Made by a program: the position numbers and the translations under genes. The notes under the pieces were generated by a model. The model did not search any database. It worked only from the letters and a program-made list of their open reading frames with translations, and was not told the origin of the DNA. A stretch of 62,884 nucleotides of DNA from a virus (lineage: Duplodnaviria; Caudoviricetes). Location: the IMG/VR virus record IMGVR_UViG_3300017989_000120, positions 1 through 62,884 of that record; one strand, written 5' to 3'. This document shows positions 27,381 through 37,764 of the stretch, in pieces. How positions within the stretch are numbered: the first letter of the stretch is position 1; each line of letters begins with the position of its first letter.

Positions 27381-27431
27381 AAAAACCTAGAGACGGGAAG
27401 GGATTTTAAAAACTATTGCAAACAAACAAAT

Positions 27432-27899
27432 ATGGCAAATACAGACAATCAATGTTCAGACCTACAGATCAAAAATCTTTATCCCGAATCTAAAGATACT
27501 CTAGGTGACATTTTAAATCTTCAGGCAGAAACCCAGAGGAATGTTTATGGTTACAACTTCGATGAAATGTCTCTAAGGGACCTAATGGAGTTTTGGCACA
27601 TGAACAACCACGCACTGATCGACGAAATCCACGAAGCAACCGACGCACTAGGGGGCATCAAGGACGGCAACGGAAACGCTATATGGAAGAGATGGAAAAG
27701 TGCATACTCTACATATTCAGACAAATGTTTTTCCGATTTATCCGAATCCGACAAAATGGAATGCAAGTTTGAGATTATAGATATGCTACATTTCTTCATG
27801 AACTATGCAGCTTCCATTGGAATGACTTCTCAAGAAATGTACAACATGTACATGAGCAAGAACGAGGAAAATCGTCGAAGACAGGCAAACAATTACTAA
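27432..27899 (+). CDS. Dimeric all-alpha dUTPase/dCTPase (T4 gp56-like)
   Basis: DEIHE, WKRWK, EIIDMLHF, Y..KN.EN..RQ...Y. Confidence 0.8.
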   Translation: MANTDNQCSDLQIKNLYPESKDTLGDILNLQAETQRNVYGYNFDEMSLRDLMEFWHMNNHALIDEIHEATDALGGIKDGNGNAIWKRWKSAYSTYSDKCFSDLSESDKMECKFEIIDMLHFFMNYAASIGMTSQEMYNMYMSKNEENRRRQANNY

Positions 27900-27924
27900 A
27901 CTAAAAAAAACAAAGTATTAAATT

Positions 27925-28908
27925 ATGAAGGAGGACTATTCGCTACCGGAACCGATTTTACAAGAAAATCCCAACAGATTCGTTATTTTTCCCATACAGC
28001 ATCAAGAGATTTGGGAGATGTATAAGAATCAGGAAGCTTGTATCTGGACAGCAGAAGAGATTGACCTTTCGGCAGATATCGACGATTGGAGAAATAAGTT
28101 AAATGATAGTGAAAGACACTTTATTAAGCACGTGTTGGCATTCTTTGCTGCTTCGGACGGTATTGTGAATGAGAACTTAGCTGAAAACTTCGTTAGAGAG
28201 GTGCAATATTCGGAAGCTAAATTCTTTTACGGATTTCAAATCATGATGGAGAATATCCACTCTGAAACCTACTCCCTCCTAATTGATACCTATATTTCGG
28301 ATCCTGCTGAGAAAAAGATGCTTTTCAATGCAATTGAAACCATCCCGGCGGTGAAGAAAAAAGCCGAATGGGCTTTAAAATGGGTTGAATCCGAGCATTT
28401 CCAAGAGAGACTAGTTGCCTTCGCTGCAGTTGAGGGTATATTCTTCTCTGGTTCTTTCTGTTCAATCTTCTGGCTTAAAAAGCGTGGATTGATGCCAGGC
28501 TTAAGCTTCTCGAATGAACTTATTTCAAGAGACGAAGGGATGCACTGTGATTTTGCAGTTCTTTTGCATAATAATTATCTTGCTAACAAGGTTTCTGAAG
28601 AAAGAATTAGGGAAATCATTCTCAGTGCACTTGAGATTGAAAAAGAATTTATTACAGAATCTTTGCCTGTTAAGCTAATTGGTATGAATCAAGATCTTAT
28701 GAAGCAATATCTAGAGTTTGTTGCTGACAGATTGCTAGTAGATCTTGGATGTTCAAAGGTTTTCAATGCAGAAAATCCATTCGACTTTATGGCAAATATT
28801 TCTTTGCAAGGTAAAACTAACTTCTTTGAAAAAAGAGTTGGGGAATACCAAAAAGCAGGAGTGAAGAATTCCTCCGAAAATACGTTCGATATGGACGTAG
28901 ACTTCTAA
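27925..28908 (+). CDS. nrdB: Ribonucleotide reductase class Ia beta subunit
   Basis: [54 protein letters not shown]. Confidence 0.95.
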   Translation: MKEDYSLPEPILQENPNRFVIFPIQHQEIWEMYKNQEACIWTAEEIDLSADIDDWRNKLNDSERHFIKHVLAFFAASDGIVNENLAENFVREVQYSEAKFFYGFQIMMENIHSETYSLLIDTYISDPAEKKMLFNAIETIPAVKKKAEWALKWVESEHFQERLVAFAAVEGIFFSGSFCSIFWLKKRGLMPGLSFSNELISRDEGMHCDFAVLLHNNYLANKVSEERIREIILSALEIEKEFITESLPVKLIGMNQDLMKQYLEFVADRLLVDLGCSKVFNAENPFDFMANISLQGKTNFFEKRVGEYQKAGVKNSSENTFDMDVDF

Positions 28909-28924
28909 AAAAATAAAAGCAAGC

Positions 28925-31396
28925 ATGTACGTAACTAAGAGAGACGGATCCAAAGAAGCGGTAAGATTTGATAAGGTTTCTAATCGCGTAAAAAAGATGA
29001 CTTATGGTCTAAACAACGACTTTGTTGATTGGATGGGTATTTCACAAAAGGTAATCGCTGGAATATATGATGGCATTTCAACGGGAGAATTAGACAACCT
29101 AGCTGCTGAAACTGCAGCATCACTTATTCCAAGCCATCCAGATCATTCCATTCTGGCAGCAAGGATTGCCATTTCTAGATTGCACAAATCAACAAAGAAG
29201 AAATTTTCTGAGACCATTGAGGATTTATATTCCTATATTGATCCTGAAACTAATAAGCCTGCAGGACTTATTGGAGATGAAACCTATGAGGTCGTAATGA
29301 AGAATAAGAACAAATTTGATTCTGCCATTATACATGATAGGGATTTCAACTTTGAATATTTTGGATTCAAAACCCTTGAAAAAAGTTACCTCCTTAAAAT
29401 GCATGGAATTCCAGCAGAAACTCCACAACACATGTACATGCGTGTTGCCGTAGGTATCTGGGGAGATGATATTAAAAATGCTCTCAAAACATATGAGCTT
29501 CTCTCAACTCATATGATGACACATGCAACCCCAACTTTATTTAATTCTGGTACTAAGAAACCACAGCTATCCTCTTGCTTCCTTTTAACTATGCAGGAAG
29601 ATTCCATTCCTGGAATCTACAAGACTCTTTCTGATGTTGCGATGATTTCCCAGAATGCCGGTGGTATTGGTCTTGCTATCCATAACGTAAGATCAACTGG
29701 TTCTTATATCAGAGGTACGAATGGTAAATCCAATGGTATTGTACCAATGCTTAAAGTATTCAACGAAACTGCTAGATACGTTGATCAAGGTGGGGGTAAA
29801 AGAAAGGGATCCTTTGCTATTTACTTAGAGCCATGGCACGCCGACGTTGAGGATTTCTTAGATCTGAGAAAGAACACAGGTAAGGAGGAAAGAAGAGCAA
29901 GAGACCTGTTCCTTGCTCTCTGGGTTTCTGACCTTTTTATGGAAAGGGTAGAAAAAGATGAAATGTGGTCTTTATTCTCTCCATCCGAGGTACCTGGACT
30001 TCATGAAGTTTATGGGCAGAAGTTCAATGAAATGTACATAGCAGCTGAAGAGGCTGGGAAGGCAAAGAAAACCATTAAAGCGAGAGAACTCTGGGGAAAG
30101 ATTATCGAGTCTCAAATTGAAACCGGAACACCCTACATCCTTTATAAAGACTCTGCTAATAGAAAGTCAAACCAGCAGAATTTAGGGACCATCAAATCTT
30201 CAAACTTATGCTGTGAGATCATTGAATACACAGACAGGGACGAACAAGCAGTTTGTAACTTGGCCTCTATCCCAGTTAACAAGTTCCTGAAGTCTACTGA
30301 TGCAAGAACATCGAAGATAACTAGGGGTAAGTGTGAGGTCGATCATGATTATCTATATGAAGTAGCATACCAAACTGCTGTAAACTTGAATAAAGTAATT
30401 GATGTAAATTTCTATCCTACTGTTGAAACCAGGAGGTCCAATATGAGACACCGTCCAATTGGTATTGGAATTCAGGGATTGGCCGATCTTTATGCAATGA
30501 TGGGTATTCCATTTACATCTGACGAGGCAAGAAAAATTAACTCGGAATTATTTGAGACAATTTATTTTGCATCAATGACAGCTTCTAAAGATCTTGCTAA
30601 GAAATTTGGAGCTTATGAAACGTTTGAAGGTTCTCCGTTAAGTGAGGGTAAATTCCAATATAACTTATGGCAGGTAAACGACGAGGATCTTTCTGGAAGA
30701 TGGGATTGGAAAAAACTTAGGAAGGATGTTATGAAGCATGGGGTTAGAAACTCTCTTCTTCTTGCACCTATGCCAACAGCTTCAACAGCTCAAATTATGG
30801 GTAACAACGAAGCGTTTGAACCTTTTACCTCTAATATTTACACTAGAAGGACACTAAGTGGCGAGTATGTTATAATCAACAAGCACCTAGTTTCTGATTT
30901 GATTTCTCTAGGACTTTGGAATGAGGATATGAAGAATATGATTATCATCCACAAAGGATCTGTACAGAACATTCCAAACATCCCTGACGACATCAAGGAG
31001 ATCTATAAGACAGTTTGGGAGATCAAACAGAAGGATCTTATTGAAATGTCTGCTGACCGTGGCAAGTTCATTTGTCAATCACAATCTCTGAACTTGTTTA
31101 TAGAAGGAGTAAATGCTGCTAAACTTACTGCAGCCCACTTCCATTCATGGAAGCTTGGTCTTAAAACAGGCATGTATTACCTAAGAACAAAAGCTGCTGT
31201 AGATGCACTTTCTGGTCTTGGTATAGATACGAGCAAATACAAAAAAGTCGAGGAGAACCCAACTCCAAAGGCAATTGTGGTTGAGCAGAAAATTGTGTCT
31301 GCAAACGAAGACCTAAAAGCCCTGGCAGAACAAACTATGAACGATCTTTCTTGTAGCTTGGACAACCCAGATGATTGTTTGTCTTGTGGTTCTTAA
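28925..31396 (+). CDS. nrdA: Ribonucleotide reductase class Ia alpha subunit
   Basis: ATP cone VTKRDG, TPTLFN, QLSSCF, SNLCCEI, VCNLAS, PTAST, C-terminal CLSCGS. Confidence 0.95.
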   Translation: MYVTKRDGSKEAVRFDKVSNRVKKMTYGLNNDFVDWMGISQKVIAGIYDGISTGELDNLAAETAASLIPSHPDHSILAARIAISRLHKSTKKKFSETIEDLYSYIDPETNKPAGLIGDETYEVVMKNKNKFDSAIIHDRDFNFEYFGFKTLEKSYLLKMHGIPAETPQHMYMRVAVGIWGDDIKNALKTYELLSTHMMTHATPTLFNSGTKKPQLSSCFLLTMQEDSIPGIYKTLSDVAMISQNAGGIGLAIHNVRSTGSYIRGTNGKSNGIVPMLKVFNETARYVDQGGGKRKGSFAIYLEPWHADVEDFLDLRKNTGKEERRARDLFLALWVSDLFMERVEKDEMWSLFSPSEVPGLHEVYGQKFNEMYIAAEEAGKAKKTIKARELWGKIIESQIETGTPYILYKDSANRKSNQQNLGTIKSSNLCCEIIEYTDRDEQAVCNLASIPVNKFLKSTDARTSKITRGKCEVDHDYLYEVAYQTAVNLNKVIDVNFYPTVETRRSNMRHRPIGIGIQGLADLYAMMGIPFTSDEARKINSELFETIYFASMTASKDLAKKFGAYETFEGSPLSEGKFQYNLWQVNDEDLSGRWDWKKLRKDVMKHGVRNSLLLAPMPTASTAQIMGNNEAFEPFTSNIYTRRTLSGEYVIINKHLVSDLISLGLWNEDMKNMIIIHKGSVQNIPNIPDDIKEIYKTVWEIKQKDLIEMSADRGKFICQSQSLNLFIEGVNAAKLTAAHFHSWKLGLKTGMYYLRTKAAVDALSGLGIDTSKYKKVEENPTPKAIVVEQKIVSANEDLKALAEQTMNDLSCSLDNPDDCLSCGS

Positions 31397-31410
31397 ATAA
31401 ATATACTACG

Positions 31411-32070
31411 ATGGATAAGGTACGTAATTTTGAAAACTTTATTGCTATAAACGAAAGAGTTATCCCAGATAAACAAGGAGAGATCCTTGTTATTCTGGGT
31501 CCTCCTGGATCTGGTAAAGGAACAGTTTCAAAAAAACTTGTCGAACGGAATAATTTCACCCACATTTCTACTGGAGAACTAATTAGGAATTCTGATGACA
31601 AGGAGCTAAAGAAAAAAATAGAGAAGGGAGAGTTTATACCAGATAGGGTGATGGTTCGAATGCTTAGAAAGGCACTCGGTAAGGCTGACCTCGAGCGAGG
31701 TATTATTCTTGACGGATTTCCTAGAAACGTTAAACAGATAAAATTATTGGATTCTCTCCTGGGAAAACTCGGGGTTGGTCTCAGTCATGTAATTTATTTG
31801 GATCTGGAAGAAGATAAGGCCAAGCAGAGAATCATGAAAAGGGCTGAAAAGGAAGACAGAGCTGACGATAAGAATCCTGAAATCATATCAAAGAGATTCA
31901 AGGAGTATAAGGAGAAAACCCTTCCCCTTGTTAAAAAATACAAGAAGAGTAGGAAACTAGTTAAAGTCGATGCATCTAAGAAAATCGAAAGCGTTTACAA
32001 GCAGTTGCTAGACAAGATAGGAATTTCTTACAAACCTGAGGATGAGAAAGGGAAAGAAAAAACTTCCTGA
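31411..32070 (+). CDS. adk: Adenylate kinase with CTS-like N-terminal extension
   Basis: GPPGSGKGT, HISTGELIR, ILDGFPRN, R.DD; extension MDKVRNFENFIAINE. Confidence 0.9.
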   Translation: MDKVRNFENFIAINERVIPDKQGEILVILGPPGSGKGTVSKKLVERNNFTHISTGELIRNSDDKELKKKIEKGEFIPDRVMVRMLRKALGKADLERGIILDGFPRNVKQIKLLDSLLGKLGVGLSHVIYLDLEEDKAKQRIMKRAEKEDRADDKNPEIISKRFKEYKEKTLPLVKKYKKSRKLVKVDASKKIESVYKQLLDKIGISYKPEDEKGKEKTS

Positions 32071-32461
32071 TAACATTGTCTATAATGGGGATATTGAAAA
32101 ATATGACGCTTTTCTTAAGCCATATGCAACATCAGTATCTTCTCCTAAAATAGATGTTTCTGGTTTAGCACTATTCAAGCAACGTGCGGCAATCCACTCT
32201 AACCATAAATTCGGAAAAAGGGCTGAGGAGATCAAGGAACAGATTTCAGATCTTCTGCAGGAATTTGAGGATAATGATTTAGTTTGGAACTCGAATATGT
32301 CATTCGAAGCTCATATCGGGACTGAGATATATCTATATGAAAATTCAAAAGGAGAAACTTTTGCAAGTTTAATTTCACCCAATGAATGGAATAACAAGTT
32401 CCGCTATTTTGGTCACTTTAAACTAGACACGGATTTTTCCTGGAAAAGAATAAAAGAGTAG
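32042..32461 (+). CDS. DUF2452-like protein
   Basis: LKPYATSVSSPKI, FEAHIG..IYLY, SLISPNEW. Confidence 0.6.
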   Translation: MRKGKKKLPDNIVYNGDIEKYDAFLKPYATSVSSPKIDVSGLALFKQRAAIHSNHKFGKRAEEIKEQISDLLQEFEDNDLVWNSNMSFEAHIGTEIYLYENSKGETFASLISPNEWNNKFRYFGHFKLDTDFSWKRIKE

Positions 32462-32462
32462 G

Positions 32463-33164
32463 ATGAGCACACACCATGGCAAATTAGTGGATGATTTCTT
32501 GGCAAAGGTCGAATCTGAGATAGAACACAAGAAGAAGGTCAATCTCTCAGAGATCGAACAACTTGAAACTATTCTGGATATAGTATTAAACTATTTAAGG
32601 TACTTTGCCGAAATAGATGTTAAAGAACCTAAAATTATTGGAGGGAAGCACCCACATTTAATCTTGGACATTCCAAAAACCGATGTGGATGATCTTGTCC
32701 CTATAGTTGAAAAGTTTTTAATGGAATTGGGAATTAGATTTAAAAGGCATCGCTTTCAGGGGTCTTTACCCCTACTTTCCGCAAAAAACAATACTGTCCC
32801 TGGACTTGTTTATGGTAGGGGATATTTTTTAATGACACCTTCTACTAAGTTCAAAAGGAAAGGTTCGACTTTAAGAATTGAATGTCTAAGAGAGAACCAA
32901 GTTGTCAAGATTTTGGATGGTAAATTGGATAACTTAACCCTTGTTTATTGGAATGGTAAGGGAATGAGTAGAATGGCTTTTGACCCTGTTTGTGAAGATG
33001 AGAAGAAAAGGGCAATAGAATACCCAGACGATCAAACTGGACTTGTTACCCTTGACCTAGTTGCAAGGAAAAGAGAGAAAAACCTTAAAGCTGTGGGGAA
33101 TTTCACTTTAACCCTAAATGACGAGCTAATACTTGAAAGAATTACCTCTTTAGCCCGGGGTTGA
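32463..33164 (+). CDS. Hypothetical protein
   Basis: 233 aa ORF. Confidence 0.6.
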   Translation: MSTHHGKLVDDFLAKVESEIEHKKKVNLSEIEQLETILDIVLNYLRYFAEIDVKEPKIIGGKHPHLILDIPKTDVDDLVPIVEKFLMELGIRFKRHRFQGSLPLLSAKNNTVPGLVYGRGYFLMTPSTKFKRKGSTLRIECLRENQVVKILDGKLDNLTLVYWNGKGMSRMAFDPVCEDEKKRAIEYPDDQTGLVTLDLVARKREKNLKAVGNFTLTLNDELILERITSLARG

Positions 33165-33167
33165 GGT

Positions 33168-33197
33168 GAAATCTTTCTAATTTTTGGGATATAAATA
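33168..33197 (+). promoter_or_regulatory. GAAAT-N17-TATAA promoter
   Basis: GAAAT ctttctaatttttggga TATAAATA before ATG 33221. Confidence 0.5.
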
Positions 33198-33220
33198 GAA
33201 ACGACAATCATTTAGTTTCT

Positions 33221-34507
33221 ATGGCTTCTAAAAGCAAAAAGAAAAGAGCAAAAAAGGGCTCTAATAAAAACTCCACAAAAAACCATAAACCCAGCGGTCA
33301 AGCAATTGCACAACCCCCTGTAGATTTAACAAAGCAAGACATTTCATTGTGTCTTGTAATGATTGTAAAAGATGAGGGTGACACAATTAGAAGGTGTCTT
33401 ACGCAGGTTGCTCCATTTATTTCATATTATGTAATAGTTGACACCGGGTCTTCTGATAACACCACAGAGGAAATTAATTCCACCATGGAATCTCTTGGTA
33501 TTGAGGGTGAAGTTCACGAAAGACCGTGGGTAAATTTCGAGGTAAATAGGACTGAAAGTCTAGAACTTGCAAAGGGTAAGTGTGATTATAGGTGGATTAT
33601 CGATGCGGACGATACGTTCCAAGTAGCAAATCCAAGTGTAAATCCATTTAGTAATTTACCTAAAGAAAAGGTTGATTGCTTCCAAATTTTATATAAACTT
33701 AATAATCTTCAATACCACAGAGCACAGATCGTCAGGTCTGACCAGGATTGGGTTTATAAAGGCGTATTGCACGAGTACTTAGATCTCCCTGGAAAAGAGC
33801 AATTAATTCAGTACCAGATTCCAGCGGATAAGTGTTATGTAAATGCAGATATCAGTCCGCTTAAAAGAGCAAATTCGTTGGAAGAAAAATATGCTAAAGA
33901 TGCTGAGATCTTAGAAAAAGCATTGGAGGATGAACCTGCCAACACGAGGTATATGTTCTATTTGGCCCAAAGTTATCGGGATTCAAACCAGAAGTTAAAA
34001 GCTATAGAAGCTTATGAGAGAAGAATAGAAGCAGGCGGATGGGAAGAAGAGGTTTATTATTCCATGTACATGATTGGTAAAATTAAAGAGCAACTAGGCA
34101 GACACCCCGATGAGGTTATACAAGCTTATTCAAGGGCATGGGAATATAGACCGGAAAGACTTGAAGCAGTTTTCCATTGTATGAGAAAATTAAGGGAAAG
34201 AGGCAGATGGGTCCTTTCATTTACTTACGGAAATATGGCTGTCAAAAACCCCGGAACCTCTGATATTCTTTTTGTTGAACCCGAGGTTTGGCAGTGGAGA
34301 CTTTTAGACGAATATTCTCTTGCAGCTTTCCATACAGGCAATCCAGAACTGGCCTTTGAAAAAATGGATGCAGTGGTCCGTATGGATTTCTTTGAGCATT
34401 TACCCGCTAATGAGAAGGAAAGAATTCTTAAAAATCTAGATCATTATAGGCAAGCAGCAGCGAAAAAAGCTGAGGTCTTGAAATCTAAGGAAGCTACTAC
34501 CGCTTAA
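33221..34507 (+). CDS. GT2 glycosyltransferase with TPR repeats
   Basis: CLVMIVKDE, VDTGSSDNT, IIDADD, GVLHE, RYMFYLAQSY, TPR helices. Confidence 0.85.
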   Translation: MASKSKKKRAKKGSNKNSTKNHKPSGQAIAQPPVDLTKQDISLCLVMIVKDEGDTIRRCLTQVAPFISYYVIVDTGSSDNTTEEINSTMESLGIEGEVHERPWVNFEVNRTESLELAKGKCDYRWIIDADDTFQVANPSVNPFSNLPKEKVDCFQILYKLNNLQYHRAQIVRSDQDWVYKGVLHEYLDLPGKEQLIQYQIPADKCYVNADISPLKRANSLEEKYAKDAEILEKALEDEPANTRYMFYLAQSYRDSNQKLKAIEAYERRIEAGGWEEEVYYSMYMIGKIKEQLGRHPDEVIQAYSRAWEYRPERLEAVFHCMRKLRERGRWVLSFTYGNMAVKNPGTSDILFVEPEVWQWRLLDEYSLAAFHTGNPELAFEKMDAVVRMDFFEHLPANEKERILKNLDHYRQAAAKKAEVLKSKEATTA

Positions 34508-34518
34508 TAAAGCTATCG

Positions 34519-36273
34519 ATGTCCAAGATATTGTCAATATCTGCTGTTGCACACGATTGTGGAATAGCTTATATCGAAGATGGTATTATCAAATATGTTT
34601 TTGAGGAAGAAAGGTTTAAAAGGCTGAAGGGTATTTTTAATCAATTTGCCTTTCCTCATCTTTCCCTTGAAGCATTTGAAAGAGAAACTGGAATAACTCC
34701 TTTTGATAAGGATGTTATAGTTGTAATGCCAAAAGCGGTCCTTTGTGGTCTGGATTATTTGGAGTCTATACTTGAAGTAAAGGACATCTACTTATACGAT
34801 CACCATTTTTCACATGCTTGTACAGCTTATTTTCTTTCTGGGTTTGAAGAGGAGACCCTGGTTTTTAGTTATGACGGAGGTGACTCAAACGGGATAGAGG
34901 AAGATGTTCTCAGTAAGGATGTTCTTCAAAAAATCCGAGATCAAGGTCTCCCAAACAGGGAAACCGAAATTCCAGAGGATGAATACATTAAAGTTGCTTC
35001 CACGGCAAAAACAGATTCGGATTTACCCGATCAACTAAGAATTTGTAACGGCTCTTGGTGGTTTAAAGAAGAACATACACTAAGTAGTAACAGGACATCA
35101 ATCCATGTAGGGAAAAATTCCCAACTAGAGCTAAAATATAAAACTAAGGGATTTGATTCGGTTGCTTCCCTGTGGAATTCTTTTTGTGTGATGAATAATA
35201 TGATAGGAGGGAAAGACGAGGGTAAAATCGTAGGTCTTGCTTCTCAAGGTAAATTCAGCCAAGAAATTTTCGATTCTGTAGGTGATTTTTTTAAATTCGA
35301 CGGCGATCTTAGATGGAAGCATTACTATACTGTGGAAAGCTATTTCCAATCTTTGGACCTGAAAAATCCTGAAATAAAAAAGGACGCAGCCTATATGATC
35401 CAGTATTTTACTGAGTCCTATTTTCTTGAGGTGATACAACATCTTAAATCTCAATATCCGTCTTGCAAAAAATTAGCACTTGCTGGTGGTCTATTTTCAA
35501 ACGTAAAGGTAAACCAAAAGATAAACGAGCTTTCTGAATTTGATGAAATATTTATTGCACCTGGGATGACTGATGGAGGTCTTGCTCTCGGGGCTGCGAT
35601 AGCTAAAGCGAATGAGCTTGGTGAATTCAAAGTGCAGATGATAAATAATGTTTTCTGGGGAAATAAAACCGAGATCCCAGCAATACCCAACAATGTAGAA
35701 CGTGTGGAGCTTAACTTTCACGATATTGCTAATTATCTTGACGAAGGTAAAGTTGTGGGTGTGTTCGCGAATAGAAGAGAGTGGGGACCAAGAGCTTTGG
35801 GTGGAACATCAATTATGTTTGATCCAAGAAGAAATGACGCTCAGGAATACGTAAACAGGAGATTGAACCGGAACGAGGTTATGCCTTTCGCACCCGTTGT
35901 CATGCAAGGGTTTGAATCTATTCCCTTCCATTGTTATAAATCGAAGTATGCATCACAGTTTATGACCATATGCTACGACGTAAAAGATGAGTGGATTAAT
36001 AGAATACCAGGGGTTATAAACACATACGATAATACTGCAAGGATCCAGATTGCTCGAAAAGATAACCTTCCATTTTTCCCCATACTTGAGTCTTTCTATG
36101 AAAAAACTGGGATACCCCTTCTTATGAACACATCGTTCAACGTGCATGGAGAACCAATAATTAATACCTCCGAGCAAGCACTAAATCACTTGCTAGAAGG
36201 GGTAGTTGATATATTAATAGTGCAGGATAGGGTGTATAAATTAAAATCTGATACCTCCATATTCGATACATAG
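34519..36273 (+). CDS. Carbamoyltransferase (NodU/CmcH family) 1
   Basis: HDCG, EEERFKR, HHFSHA, DGG, EGKIVGLA, LAGGLFSNVKVN, EWGPRALG, MPFAP, NTSFNVHGEPI. Confidence 0.9.
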   Translation: MSKILSISAVAHDCGIAYIEDGIIKYVFEEERFKRLKGIFNQFAFPHLSLEAFERETGITPFDKDVIVVMPKAVLCGLDYLESILEVKDIYLYDHHFSHACTAYFLSGFEEETLVFSYDGGDSNGIEEDVLSKDVLQKIRDQGLPNRETEIPEDEYIKVASTAKTDSDLPDQLRICNGSWWFKEEHTLSSNRTSIHVGKNSQLELKYKTKGFDSVASLWNSFCVMNNMIGGKDEGKIVGLASQGKFSQEIFDSVGDFFKFDGDLRWKHYYTVESYFQSLDLKNPEIKKDAAYMIQYFTESYFLEVIQHLKSQYPSCKKLALAGGLFSNVKVNQKINELSEFDEIFIAPGMTDGGLALGAAIAKANELGEFKVQMINNVFWGNKTEIPAIPNNVERVELNFHDIANYLDEGKVVGVFANRREWGPRALGGTSIMFDPRRNDAQEYVNRRLNRNEVMPFAPVVMQGFESIPFHCYKSKYASQFMTICYDVKDEWINRIPGVINTYDNTARIQIARKDNLPFFPILESFYEKTGIPLLMNTSFNVHGEPIINTSEQALNHLLEGVVDILIVQDRVYKLKSDTSIFDT

Positions 36274-36275
36274 TC

Positions 36276-36283
36276 GATATATA
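36276..36283 (+). promoter_or_regulatory. GATATATA putative late promoter
   Basis: Immediately upstream of ATG 36288. Confidence 0.55.
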
Positions 36284-36287
36284 GATT

Positions 36288-36845
36288 ATGAAACTAAGAA
36301 GCTTTACCTCCTATACATCCGATACAATAAGTGAATCACTAAAGTATCATTTAGACGAGGGCCTTTCTTTAATGGAGAGTGTTTACAGGATTGAATCAGA
36401 CTCCTGGCTGGATCTTATTAAGGAATCAAGAAGACTTTGGTTAAACGAAGAGATTGATTTAGAACTTGATGATGTTTTTTTAATAAGTACAGATGCAGGA
36501 GAAAAAGCTGATTACAGGGGCGAGATGGTTTTATTGGATGTCCCCTTTGAAATCAACGAGGAAGAATATCGGGGGAGGAAAGTAAAGCTAAATAAGCCAT
36601 TTAGAACTCCTGGTGAGACCAGGAAATTCGCAGTTTACACTAAAAATGGTGAAGGTAAAGTTGTCAAGGTAAGGTTTGGACAACCTGGACAAAGGATCAA
36701 AAATTACGACAAAAAAGCTTCAAAGTCTTTTAGAGCGAGACACAGATGTACCGATCCGGGTCCAAAATGGAAACCGAGGTATTGGTCTTGTAACGTTCAC
36801 AGATATCATAAACTTTTAGGACTTAAATCTAGCAATCCTTGGTAA
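36288..36845 (+). CDS. Hypothetical phage protein (DUF6321-like) with CTS-like start
   Basis: MKLRSFTSY..TISE; EYRGRKVKLNKPFR..KF.VY..KV.FG..SFRARHRC..YWSC. Confidence 0.6.
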   Translation: MKLRSFTSYTSDTISESLKYHLDEGLSLMESVYRIESDSWLDLIKESRRLWLNEEIDLELDDVFLISTDAGEKADYRGEMVLLDVPFEINEEEYRGRKVKLNKPFRTPGETRKFAVYTKNGEGKVVKVRFGQPGQRIKNYDKKASKSFRARHRCTDPGPKWKPRYWSCNVHRYHKLLGLKSSNPW

Positions 36846-37120
36846 CCCCATTTTCAGAACAGAAGATCTCAAGCACGGAATTTATAAGATGCTTCAGCCA
36901 GGACATAGATCCAATTGAATTAAAGTGGCACCAAGATTGGGAGGATAGGACTATTAATTTTTTAGAATCCAACGATTGGATGTTCCAGTTTGACAACGAA
37001 CTTCCGATCCCATGCAAAGGTGAATTATTAATTAAAGCTGGAAGGTGGCATCGGGTGATCAAGGGAAGTGGTAATTTGAAGTTAAAGATTATTAAACATC
37101 CTTCTGGTGGAGATATATAA
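36839..37120 (+). CDS. Small cupin-like protein
   Basis: ELKWHQD.EDR, W.FQFDNELP, WHRVIKG. Confidence 0.6.
   Translation: MVTPFSEQKISSTEFIRCFSQDIDPIELKWHQDWEDRTINFLESNDWMFQFDNELPIPCKGELLIKAGRWHRVIKGSGNLKLKIIKHPSGGDI
37112..37119 (+). promoter_or_regulatory. GATATATA putative late promoter
   Basis: 19 nt before ATG 37139. Confidence 0.55.
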
Positions 37121-37138
37121 ACAAAGAAATTTTTCAGC

Positions 37139-37669
37139 ATGAACAATTTAAAATTATACGAGGAGTTTTCTAATTCAATTTATGAGGGTGTAACTCCTGT
37201 CTATGACGAGTCTAAGTTTAGAAAGAATGTAAATGTAAAGCCCGAAATGGAGCTTAAATATTCTCAGGTAATTCCAACCCTTCGTGATTTGTTAGCACAA
37301 AAGGAGGCAGGTCAAATCGAGGATATTACAATAATTGCAGAAGTTCCTACACAGGGAAAGGGCGCTCCGGATTATGTAAAAGATATCATTAATCAAGAAA
37401 GAGAAAGACTGGCAAGACAATATAAATCGACTATTGGAAAGTCCATAGATCAAGAACTAGATGCTGAGGAATTTGATTTTGACTTAAATAGATTTGGTGA
37501 TAAGAGAACGATCTTCTTCGATTCTGAGTTTATTGTTGATCGCGTTGAAACTATTGAAGGAAAGGATTATGTCATCGGGATCCCGGTTTCGCTTAAAGAA
37601 AAAGGTTACGAAGCAAAGATCCTACCGATCAAAGTGGAAGAAATTTATTACGAGCCGGCTGGAAAATAA
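37139..37669 (+). CDS. Hypothetical protein with CTS-like N-terminus
   Basis: MNNLKLYEEFSNSIYEG. Confidence 0.6.
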   Translation: MNNLKLYEEFSNSIYEGVTPVYDESKFRKNVNVKPEMELKYSQVIPTLRDLLAQKEAGQIEDITIIAEVPTQGKGAPDYVKDIINQERERLARQYKSTIGKSIDQELDAEEFDFDLNRFGDKRTIFFDSEFIVDRVETIEGKDYVIGIPVSLKEKGYEAKILPIKVEEIYYEPAGK

Positions 37670-37690
37670 TCAGCTTGCATAAAGAGGTGT

Positions 37691-37715
37691 AAAAGCGGGA
37701 AGACCCGCTTTTTTT
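37691..37715 (+). terminator. Intrinsic terminator
   Basis: AAAAGCGGG aaga CCCGCTTTTTTT. Confidence 0.8.
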
Positions 37716-37717
37716 GT

Positions 37718-37745
37718 GAAATTAAATCAACCACTAGACATATAA
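37718..37745 (+). promoter_or_regulatory. GAAAT-N18-TATAA promoter
   Basis: Directly after the terminator, before the topoisomerase B-type gene. Confidence 0.5.
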
Positions 37746-37764
37746 CCTCAAACAATCATAATTA

